This document shows, piece by piece, positions 30,758 through 39,118 of a stretch of DNA of 64,000 nucleotides. How positions within the stretch are numbered: position 1 is the first letter of the stretch; every line of letters starts with the position of its first letter. Below the pieces are notes generated by a model. The model was not told the DNA's origin and made no database searches. It saw only the letters and a program-made list of their open reading frames with translations. Origin of the DNA: Desulfuromonadales bacterium (GTDB lineage: Bacteria; Desulfobacterota; Desulfuromonadia; Desulfuromonadales; SZUA-540); assembly GCA_033549025.1 (NCBI GenBank), contig JAWSUS010000009.1, positions 34,207-98,206 of the forward strand, in the 5' to 3' direction. A program made the translations under genes and the position numbers.

Positions 30758-30976
30758 CTACAGTTCCTCGAAAAACTCCTCGTCGTCATCTTCTGTTTCG
30801 CCCTCGTCAAAATCCTCATCGAGAAATCGGTCCAGAAAACGCTGGTTGTCGCGAATGCGCCGGTCCACCTCGCGCTGCAGTTCCGCCAGTTCGGGGAAGC
30901 GCTCCTCCACCGGTTCTTCCTGGGGTCCCTCCTGGCTTGGGGCCTCGCCAGGATCCCAATTTTTCTTGTCAGCCAT
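30758..30976 (-). CDS. small acidic hypothetical protein (72 aa)
   Basis: MADKKNWD...DDDEEFFEEL; AGGAG RBS inside the glgA 3' end; 8-bp overlap with glgA; 28/72 residues D/E. Confidence 0.75.
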   Translation of the reverse strand: MADKKNWDPGEAPSQEGPQEEPVEERFPELAELQREVDRRIRDNQRFLDRFLDEDFDEGETEDDDEEFFEEL

Positions 30977-32423
30977 GGCGGTGCTCCTGGGTGCTGCGAT
31001 AAAGTTGCAGATAGTCCTGGGCCGATCGCGTCCAGGAGAAGTCCTGCTCCATGCCGCGTTTAACCAGGCGCAACCAGCTGCGCCGATCGCCATAGAGGGC
31101 GAGAGCGCGATCGAGGGCGGCCACCAGGGCCGCGGACGTCGGTTCTTCGAAGACAAAGCCGTTGGCGCGCTGCGGATCGTCAGCCGGGTCGTACACCGTG
31201 TCGGCCAGGCCGCCCGTGCGGCGCACCAAGGGCAGGCTGCCGTAGCGCAGGGCGATCAGCTGGCCCAGGCCGCAGGGTTCGTACAGGCTGGGCATGAGAA
31301 AGAGGTCGCTACCGGCGTAGATGCGCCGGGCCAGGCTGTCGTCGAAGCCCAGGTGGATAGAGATGCGTCCTGGGGCGTCGTTGCGTAGGCGTTCAAAGCG
31401 ATCCGTGTGGACTTTTTCACCGCTGCCGAGCAGAACGAATTGCAAGTCGCGTTGCAGCAGGTGCTGCCAGGCGTCTTCCACGATATCCAGCCCCTTCTGC
31501 GTGTCCAGCCGGGTGACCATGGCCACCAGAGGGACGTTCATCTGCGTGTCCAGGCCAAGGGCTTTTTGCAGGGCTCTTTTATTGCTCTTCTTGCCGTGCA
31601 GGTTGGCGGCGCTGTAGTTGGCGGGCAGCGCCGTATCGATGGATGGGTCCCACTGCTTGCCGTCGAGCCCATTGAGAATGCCGCTGACATCCTGCTGCCG
31701 CGCACGCAGGATGCCGTCAAAGCCGATGCCCATTTCGGGGGAGAGAATTTCGTCCCGGTAGGTGGGGGAGACGGTGTTGATCTTGTCCGCATAGACGATC
31801 CCCCCCTTAAGAAAAGAGACCCGCCCGTAGTATTCCAGCGCATCCATGGCAAAGAGCGAGGGCGGTAGCTCCAGGGTTTCCAGGGCGGTGGCCGGGAAGA
31901 GACCCTGGTAGCCAAGGTTGTGGATGGTCAGCAGGGTCCCCATGGACGAATAGAAGGGATCGGCGCGCAGCTCGTTGCGCAGCAGGACGGGGATCAGGCC
32001 GGTCTGCCAGTCGTTGAGGTGAATGACGTCGGGACGGAAATCGAGGCGGCGCAAAAAAGCGAGAACCGCCCGGCAGAAAAAGCCGAAGCGTTCGGCGTTG
32101 TCGGCGTAATCCCCCGCCGGTGTTCCGTACAGTCCCTCGCGGCCGAAAAACTCCTGGTTTTCGATGAAATAGACGGTGACCCCCTCGAGCGTGGTCTGGC
32201 GCAGCAGACCCTTGCGTTCCTGGCCCGCTATGGTGATTTCCACACTTTTGCGACTTTTGCGCAGAGCGAAGCCGCCGCGCTGGATGCTCTGGTAGCAGGG
32301 GAGCATGACGCGGACATCGTGGCCCAGACGCCTGAGCGCCTGCGGCAAGGAACCGGCCACATCGGCCAGTCCGCCGGTTTTGGCGTAGGGAGCGACTTCG
32401 GGGGAGACCACCAGGATTTTCAT
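30969..32423 (-). CDS. glgA: glycogen synthase (GT5)
   Basis: KTGGLADV, HLNDWQTG, TIHNLGYQG, PSLYEPCGLGQ, TGGLADTV; start 32423. Confidence 0.95.
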   Translation of the reverse strand: MKILVVSPEVAPYAKTGGLADVAGSLPQALRRLGHDVRVMLPCYQSIQRGGFALRKSRKSVEITIAGQERKGLLRQTTLEGVTVYFIENQEFFGREGLYGTPAGDYADNAERFGFFCRAVLAFLRRLDFRPDVIHLNDWQTGLIPVLLRNELRADPFYSSMGTLLTIHNLGYQGLFPATALETLELPPSLFAMDALEYYGRVSFLKGGIVYADKINTVSPTYRDEILSPEMGIGFDGILRARQQDVSGILNGLDGKQWDPSIDTALPANYSAANLHGKKSNKRALQKALGLDTQMNVPLVAMVTRLDTQKGLDIVEDAWQHLLQRDLQFVLLGSGEKVHTDRFERLRNDAPGRISIHLGFDDSLARRIYAGSDLFLMPSLYEPCGLGQLIALRYGSLPLVRRTGGLADTVYDPADDPQRANGFVFEEPTSAALVAALDRALALYGDRRSWLRLVKRGMEQDFSWTRSAQDYLQLYRSTQEHRHG

Positions 32424-32468
32424 AGAGTGTACCTTTCGTGACAAAAACATTCTGCAAGGATAGGGGTT

Positions 32469-35400
32469 TTACCCGATGCGCAGAAATTTATCAAGCCGGA
32501 AGCCGGCAGCCGTCGCGCGCCGCCGCCATTCTTCGGTCTGTTGGAAGCATGCGGCCACAAAGTCAGGGAAGGCCGCCTCGCTGCCCTCCCAGGTGATGGT
32601 GGCCATGAGAAAAAGTCCGGTGAGAAGATCATCAAACCGCTCCTGGCGGAACCACTGCCCGCCTTCGTGCCAGTGAAGCTCCAAAAAGCGGGCGACAGGC
32701 TCATCCTCCAGCAGGCGCGATAGATCGGCGACTGGGTCTTCCCACCGGAAATCCTGGTATCTCACCAACAGCTGCAGCAGGGCGAGGTCGGGGCTTTTGT
32801 CCTCTGTACCCAGGTGGCGGTGCAGGGCGTCGTCAAACCGGAATCTCAGGAGGAGGGCGGCCGCATCCGCCGGGCTCTCCGGCGTTTCCCCAAGACGGCC
32901 CAGACGGTGCAGAAGCACAAAGGGCAGGACGAGCCGGTTCAGCCAGTCCTCGCTCTTTGTCGGCAACAATTTGTCGCGTAGCGCCTTAAAGGCGTCCTGG
33001 TGGATTTTTTTGCGGCCCCTGCGGGTCAGGCGACTTGCCAGGCGGCGCGTCTCTTGTTGCAGATGGTTGGCGGCCTCCGGAAACTGGGACGGTCGCTTGG
33101 TGAAGGTGGCGAACTCGATGAAAAAGCTCGCCGCTGTTTCGGCAAAGCGTCGGGCCACTTGTGCAGGAGAGGTTGTCGGCCCGCCCTGCAGCAGGCGGAC
33201 CAGATCCTCGGTCTGGTCGGGGGCGAGGGCACGAAGCAGAAGCCGGTGCAGCGAGGCGAAGCGCAGCCGATCCCGTTCCAGATCGAGATCCTTCGCCGGC
33301 GTCCCTGCCAGCTGCCCATGCAACTGCTCCCAGGATCCGTCGTCGTCCTCGAAAACGTGAAAATCGAGAAAGACGCGATAGTCGTAGGCCGGCAGATGCA
33401 GGTAAAGACCGCTCTGCCGCAGTTCATCACTCTTCTGCAGGTATTCGAGCCCGCTGTGATGATCGCGGAAGCGCAGGAAGCTCCTGTCCCCCTCACCGGC
33501 CCCGAGGGCTTCGGCGAGGGTGAGGCGCTCGCTGACCATTTCTGCTTGGCTGTCGGGCACCAGGCGGAGGGTCGAATGCTGCAGCCAGCCGCCGGTCTCG
33601 GCGAAACAGTTGTGGTAGACGATCAGCGCCCTTTCGGAACCGGCCTGGTTGCTGTAGGCCAGCACGTTCTCGTTGACCTGGCCGCCGCTGTTGAAGTCGA
33701 AGAGGCGGAAATGAGCCGACTCGCTGAAAAGATATCGCTTTTTCAGCAGTGGAAAGATCTGATGCTCATGGTGGCGTATGAACCCCTCGTCGGGGCTCTC
33801 GTCCCAGTAGGCGCGGCGGTATTCCATGCCGTACTTCTCACGCAGTCCCTCGATCTGGCCGTGTCCGAACATGGGCAGTCCCGGCAGCGTGGCCAGCAGA
33901 ACGGTGACGCCGAAGTACTTGTCATCCTTGCCGAACTGTTCGACGGCAGTGGCCTCGTCGGGGTTGTTCATGAAGTTGACGAAGCGCTTGAGGATCTCGG
34001 GATTGAACTCGAGGACGTTCTTGATGACCGTACGGTACTTGCCGTTTTCCTCGCGCTTGAGCATGTTCATAAAGGCGCTGTTGTAGACCCGGTGCATGCC
34101 GAGGGTGCGCACGAAATAACCCTCCATGAGCCAGAAGGCCTCGGCGATGAGCAGGGTGTCCGGCACTTCCGCTGCCACCCGGTCGACCACGTCCCGCCAG
34201 AATTCCTGCGGGAAGACCTGATCGAAGGCAGCCCGCTCCATGGCATGCTCGGCCCGGCTGGGGACGCCGGCGCCGCCGCCGGGCTGGGGGAACCACAGAC
34301 GCTGGAAGTGTTTCTTCGCCAGGGTCATGGCGGCGTCGAAGCGGATGACGCGGAATCGGCGGGCGATGGAGAGGATCGTCTGAATCATGGCCTCTCGTAC
34401 CTGCGGCAGCAGGTAGTTGAGCTGGGCGGTGTCGTTCCACGGCATGTGGGTGCCGTCGTTGCCGTGGTAGATGAAGCGCACCTGGCCGTTGCGGCGATCC
34501 TCGTAGCGGAAGACTACGGCGGCATCGCTGTGATCGTAATAGCCGTCTTCGATCTGCAGACAGATGTCACTATCGTCGGAGAGGTCGGGTCCGCTGAAAC
34601 GATAGGCCGGGTAAGGGGGGTGCTCGAGTTGGATGAACCAGTCGGGATGCTCCTTGATCCAGCGCGAGTAGAGACCGGTGTGATTGGGAACCACGTCGCT
34701 GGCCAGGCGGATACCCCGGCGCCGGCAGCGCTCCTCCAGGTCGGCCAGGGCCGCGTCCCCTCCGAGGTCGGCGGCAATCTGGTAGTCATAGAGGGAATAG
34801 GCCGAAGCCGAGGCCTCGGGGTTGCCGCGGATCTGTTTGATCTTGCGGGAAGCGGGCGAGCGTTCCCACAGGCCGATGAGCCACAGGGAAGTGAAGCCCC
34901 AGCGGGCCAGGCGGTCGAGTTCCTCGTCGGGGATGGCGTCGAGCCTGGTGATGGCGCGGCCGTAGCGGCTGCTGAGTTGGTCGAGCCACACGTAGGTCGA
35001 TTTGGCCATGAGCACCACGTTGGCCATCCAGTCGGCGTCGGCGGAGAAAGCTTCGTATTCCTCAGGGCCCTGTGCGAAAGAGGGGACGGGCATTTCACCG
35101 GGACCGCCGCCGCGGCTGACACTTTCTTCGGCGATTACGTCAAAGGCGGTGACGATATCCGCCAGCAAATCATCCGACAGGAGACTTCCCCAGGTCTGCC
35201 GGATGGTAGCGAGCTGGGCCTCCAGGGAATCCGGCGCGGCGATAAGAGGGGCCTGCAGCAGGGTACGAAGGGAGCCTCCCAGAGGGCCGGGAACCCTTTC
35301 CTCGGTCAGCCAGCGGTCGATGTGATCCAGTACGTCGAGATAGGCCGAGCTCTGGCGCAGGTCGGCGTCATCGAACAGGGGCTTTGCCCAGGCTGCCGCC

Positions 35401-35855
35401 CGGTTGCCCATCTGGATGGACAGGATATACATCTCCAGCAGTGCCTGTCGGCGCTGCTGGCCCTGCAAGGGACTGAAAACCTCGGTGCCGACCGTTTTGG
35501 CGGGTGGATAGAAGCGCACAAAGTCATGCAGCGTTTTTCGCAGTTCGGGAAGAGCCATGGCGCCGTGGGCGGCTTCGACCCCCGCAGGTTCAATGCGAAC
35601 CTGGCGCGCCTCCAGGTACGTGTGGCTGATGGCGCGGAAGGCCCGGTTGAGCAGGGCGACCAGGTTGAGTTTGCCGGCGCTGCCCGTAAAACCGGGGTTT
35701 CGGCGCTGAAGCCGGTCGGCCAGAATGCGCAAAGGAAAGAGGGCGGAGGGACGACTCTCTTCCAAGTCTTCCGGCAGCTCCAGTTCCTGGCGGGCTTTGT
35801 CGGAAATCTGCAGGGACAGGGGAAAATATTCGGGTTGCTTGCGATGAGGGGTCAT
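32469..35855 (-). CDS. large GH13 alpha-amylase-family glycoside hydrolase
   Basis: DVVPNH (region I), RFDAAM (nucleophile), IAEAFW (acid/base), MNNPDE (region IV); start moved to MTPHRK (35855). Confidence 0.85.
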   Translation of the reverse strand: MTPHRKQPEYFPLSLQISDKARQELELPEDLEESRPSALFPLRILADRLQRRNPGFTGSAGKLNLVALLNRAFRAISHTYLEARQVRIEPAGVEAAHGAMALPELRKTLHDFVRFYPPAKTVGTEVFSPLQGQQRRQALLEMYILSIQMGNRAAAWAKPLFDDADLRQSSAYLDVLDHIDRWLTEERVPGPLGGSLRTLLQAPLIAAPDSLEAQLATIRQTWGSLLSDDLLADIVTAFDVIAEESVSRGGGPGEMPVPSFAQGPEEYEAFSADADWMANVVLMAKSTYVWLDQLSSRYGRAITRLDAIPDEELDRLARWGFTSLWLIGLWERSPASRKIKQIRGNPEASASAYSLYDYQIAADLGGDAALADLEERCRRRGIRLASDVVPNHTGLYSRWIKEHPDWFIQLEHPPYPAYRFSGPDLSDDSDICLQIEDGYYDHSDAAVVFRYEDRRNGQVRFIYHGNDGTHMPWNDTAQLNYLLPQVREAMIQTILSIARRFRVIRFDAAMTLAKKHFQRLWFPQPGGGAGVPSRAEHAMERAAFDQVFPQEFWRDVVDRVAAEVPDTLLIAEAFWLMEGYFVRTLGMHRVYNSAFMNMLKREENGKYRTVIKNVLEFNPEILKRFVNFMNNPDEATAVEQFGKDDKYFGVTVLLATLPGLPMFGHGQIEGLREKYGMEYRRAYWDESPDEGFIRHHEHQIFPLLKKRYLFSESAHFRLFDFNSGGQVNENVLAYSNQAGSERALIVYHNCFAETGGWLQHSTLRLVPDSQAEMVSERLTLAEALGAGEGDRSFLRFRDHHSGLEYLQKSDELRQSGLYLHLPAYDYRVFLDFHVFEDDDGSWEQLHGQLAGTPAKDLDLERDRLRFASLHRLLLRALAPDQTEDLVRLLQGGPTTSPAQVARRFAETAASFFIEFATFTKRPSQFPEAANHLQQETRRLASRLTRRGRKKIHQDAFKALRDKLLPTKSEDWLNRLVLPFVLLHRLGRLGETPESPADAAALLLRFRFDDALHRHLGTEDKSPDLALLQLLVRYQDFRWEDPVADLSRLLEDEPVARFLELHWHEGGQWFRQERFDDLLTGLFLMATITWEGSEAAFPDFVAACFQQTEEWRRRATAAGFRLDKFLRIG

Positions 35856-35881
35856 GATCCTTCCAGGTGGTTGAAAATCTG

Positions 35882-36922
35882 TCAATAGACGACCGTCGGG
35901 TCGGCGTTGCGAAGAAAGCGGGCGGCTACTTCCGGCGGGGTGGGGTTCACGAAAAAGCCTGTGCCCCACTCGAAGCCGGCGATTTTGGTCAGCCGCGGCA
36001 CCAGTTCGATGCGCCAGTGAAAGTCGTAGGGGAGAGATCCCCAATAGGCTGGCTTGCCCAGGCGCAGATGCATGGGGGGCGCATTGTGCAGAACAAAGTT
36101 GTAGGGCGGATCGCGCAGGACATTGCGCAGGCGCAGCAGGGTATCTTTGAGAATTTCGGCCAGGATGCCCAGTTCCTGATCCGTCAGCAGGGCAAAGTCG
36201 TGACTGTGGTGACGCGGAATGATGTTGAGTTCAAAGGGGAAGTGGGAGGCATAGGGGGCCAGCACAACGAATTCTTCGTTGCTGCGCACGATGCGCTCGT
36301 CGGACTCCAGTTCCTGGCGCAGGATGTCGCAGAGCAGGCAGCGTTCCTTGCGGCCATAGTATTCCCGGCACACGGACAGCTGGGTGGTGGCTACGGGGGG
36401 GGTGATGGGCACAGCCATAAGCTGGGAATGGGAATGGGAAATGCCGGCGCCGGCCTCGATGCCATGATTCTTGAAGATGATGATGTAGCGGAAACGGGGG
36501 TCTTTGCGCAAATCCATCAGGCGGGTCCGATAGGCGCGCAGCACGTTGGTGATTTCGGCCGGTGAAAGGTCGGCAAGCTGGCGGTCGTGGTCTGGCGTTT
36601 CGATAATGACCTCATGGGCGCCGATGCCGTTCATGGCGTCAAAGAGGCCAATTCCCCTTTTATCAAGGTCACCCTCGATGCGCAGGGCCGGATATTTGTT
36701 GGGGATGACCCGCACCTGCCAGCCGGGCGTATCGGCGCGGCTGCCGTCAGGGCGGATGGCAAAAATTTCGTGAGTGGTCTTGTCCTCGCGGCCATAGCAG
36801 AAGGGGCAGGCGGTGAGGCTGACCTCTTCACGTTCGAGGATATAATCGCGAGGGCGGCGGCCTCGTTCATTGGAAATGATCACCCAGCTCATTTTCAGGG
36901 GATCCCAGCGAAGTTGCGACAC
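35882..36922 (-). CDS. galT: GalT-family hexose-1-phosphate nucleotidylyltransferase
   Basis: RxxRP, CPFC, PNKYPAL, HEVIIE, catalytic HSHSQ, GFEWGTG; GTG start at 36922 with AAGGA RBS. Confidence 0.88.
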   Translation of the reverse strand: MSQLRWDPLKMSWVIISNERGRRPRDYILEREEVSLTACPFCYGREDKTTHEIFAIRPDGSRADTPGWQVRVIPNKYPALRIEGDLDKRGIGLFDAMNGIGAHEVIIETPDHDRQLADLSPAEITNVLRAYRTRLMDLRKDPRFRYIIIFKNHGIEAGAGISHSHSQLMAVPITPPVATTQLSVCREYYGRKERCLLCDILRQELESDERIVRSNEEFVVLAPYASHFPFELNIIPRHHSHDFALLTDQELGILAEILKDTLLRLRNVLRDPPYNFVLHNAPPMHLRLGKPAYWGSLPYDFHWRIELVPRLTKIAGFEWGTGFFVNPTPPEVAARFLRNADPTVVY

Positions 36923-36966
36923 GGCAAAATCCTTTCTTTCGGTTCGATTAGGCGGGCGTCGACAAA

Positions 36967-39084
36967 TCAGACATACCATTCATCCGCTTCGAGTTCTTCA
37001 CCCCGGTAATTCAGGGTCAGCGGGCCCTCAGCCGGCCAGCGGGCGGTTTCTTCATTGTCCACCAGCAAATGGATGGAGAGGGTCAGGGCCTTGCCGGCGA
37101 CAAGCTCCAGGGGCGCCAGGGGGATGGCCATTTCCACGATCTGGTCGCAGGCCCCTTCCCCCTCGGCGGCGATGGACTCTTCGCCGGGACGCTGCAGGCT
37201 GAGGGTCTGCCGCTGTGGATCGAGGCGGGCGATCCATTCTTCCTGACCGGCTAGCCGAATCTCCAGGCAGCCGGACGCCCCGATGAGGCTGGGCAGGTGT
37301 TCCTGCGGGTCCAGGCGCAGATAGAGGTGCTTGCGGTCGTAGCCGAAGAGGAGCATGGAAAACTGGCGATGGGAAGCATGCATGGCGCCGCCGGCAGTAA
37401 GATCGGCCGCTCCGGCCGCCAGCCATTCGAAATAGTCGTTGACCCGGCCGTCGATGACCGGAGTGAAAAGGGCCGTGGGTTCGTGAATCAGCCCCTTGCG
37501 GTGGGGCGTCTTGATGAAATTGTGCAGGTGCTGGGGAACGGCCTGTCCATCCGCCCGGTAGACCGCTTCGAGATGACGACGAAAGAGGCGGTCGAAAAGG
37601 TCAGCCTGCTTGGTGGAATGGTCGTCGCCGTACCACCAGAACCAGTCGCTTCCTTCGGCGCGCAACAGGTGCAGGACTTTTTCCGGCAGGTTGTCCGCTT
37701 TCCAGTCGATGGCTACCTGATCACCCAGGGTGTCTCGCCGGGTGCGCTCCAGCCACTCCCAGGCGGTGTTTTCCTCGGCATGGCCGATCCAGATGGAGAA
37801 GTCGCCATTGATCCACGACCCCGGGGCCAGTCGGGACAGGGGACGTCCCGGTGAGGCGGCAAGAGCCTCGGAGACGGTCGCCATGCGCAGGGAAGGCTCC
37901 TGCAGCAGGCGGGCGTAGAGGGAGGCGAGGAAAGGGTAGCCGTTGTCCTGGTAGCGTTCCCAGCAATTTTCGCCGTCAAGGATGAGGGCGACGACCCCGC
38001 CGGGGTGCTCACGGGCTATGTTTTTCAGGTGCCCCGTCAGGTCGGCGGCGGCTCGCTCCGGCTCCCAATGGGCATAGACGAAGCCGATGCGGTCGGAGAG
38101 TTCGCGGTCGCGAAAGAGCAACGGCAGTCCTTCGAAACTGCTGGGGGCATAGAGGGCCTGCCGCATTACCCGGCCCTTATCCAGGCTTTTAGCGAGAATC
38201 CCCTCGTCCGAGGCCGCCCAGAGCACCCCCTCCTCCTTGAGAAGGCGCAGCACTTCTTCGCTGACCGCCCCTTCCGAAGGCCACATGCCGCGAGGGCGGT
38301 CCCCCAGGCGCCGGGCAATGAAGTCCAGGCCGTAGCGCACCTGCAGACGGGCGTCTTCGGGATGCCGGAAGGCGGCGCCGGGGAGCTGCATGCCGGGGGT
38401 CGCCTCGCGGGCGATGGCCGTCTGGCACAGCAACGGCAGAATGGGATGTGCGTAGGGGGTGACCGAAATCTCGATCTGGCCGGCCTCTTCCATCTGCCGG
38501 TACAGATCGATGACGCCGGCTACCTCCTCATCGTAAAGGTCGAGCAGTTGCAGCTTATCCTGTTCACTGAAATTCTCCCCCTTTTCCAGCAGATAGGGAA
38601 TAAATGCCTGCTCCTGGCGCAGGTGGTGCCCCGACCAGGCCAGCAGAAACCAGACCTGCAGGTCGCGCAGATCCTGATCGCTGAAGGTTTCCGGAGAGGC
38701 GGCCAGGGCGATGCTGCCCCTCTTCTGGGCCAGCTGCCGATAGCGGGCATGGGGGAGGATATGGCGCTCGCCATGTACGGAGAAAAACTGGGTCAGCAAA
38801 AAGCGGCGCTCGTCCGCGCTCATCTGCTGCGGGTCCTTGCGGGCGGCCTCCAGCCAGTGGTCGTCTGCCTCGCCCGCCACGTAACGCTCGAGCTGTTCCA
38901 CCAGAATCGGCACGAGGTTGAAAGTCATGCGGGCGCCCGGGAATTCCCGGGCGGTTTTCAGCATCTCACCATAATCCTTGACCGCATGCAGATAGGTCCA
39001 GGGCATGAGCGTTTTACCGGAGACGGGATCCCGGTAATCGGGCTGATGCATGTGCCAGATGAGGGCAAGGTTGAGCTGGGGCAT
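36967..39084 (-). CDS. GH57 glycoside hydrolase (amylopullulanase-like) with C-terminal carbohydrate-binding-like domain
   Basis: WHMHQP, HPILPLL, WPSEGA (nucleophile), LDGENCWE (acid/base), AEGSDWFWW. Confidence 0.9.
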   Translation of the reverse strand: MPQLNLALIWHMHQPDYRDPVSGKTLMPWTYLHAVKDYGEMLKTAREFPGARMTFNLVPILVEQLERYVAGEADDHWLEAARKDPQQMSADERRFLLTQFFSVHGERHILPHARYRQLAQKRGSIALAASPETFSDQDLRDLQVWFLLAWSGHHLRQEQAFIPYLLEKGENFSEQDKLQLLDLYDEEVAGVIDLYRQMEEAGQIEISVTPYAHPILPLLCQTAIAREATPGMQLPGAAFRHPEDARLQVRYGLDFIARRLGDRPRGMWPSEGAVSEEVLRLLKEEGVLWAASDEGILAKSLDKGRVMRQALYAPSSFEGLPLLFRDRELSDRIGFVYAHWEPERAAADLTGHLKNIAREHPGGVVALILDGENCWERYQDNGYPFLASLYARLLQEPSLRMATVSEALAASPGRPLSRLAPGSWINGDFSIWIGHAEENTAWEWLERTRRDTLGDQVAIDWKADNLPEKVLHLLRAEGSDWFWWYGDDHSTKQADLFDRLFRRHLEAVYRADGQAVPQHLHNFIKTPHRKGLIHEPTALFTPVIDGRVNDYFEWLAAGAADLTAGGAMHASHRQFSMLLFGYDRKHLYLRLDPQEHLPSLIGASGCLEIRLAGQEEWIARLDPQRQTLSLQRPGEESIAAEGEGACDQIVEMAIPLAPLELVAGKALTLSIHLLVDNEETARWPAEGPLTLNYRGEELEADEWYV

Positions 39085-39118
39085 GGCGGTCTCTTCCGTC
39101 CTGAGGGTGTGGTCCCCG

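Noticed and set aside
33000..35888. 962-aa plus-strand ORF
   Set aside because: Antisense shadow of the GH13 gene
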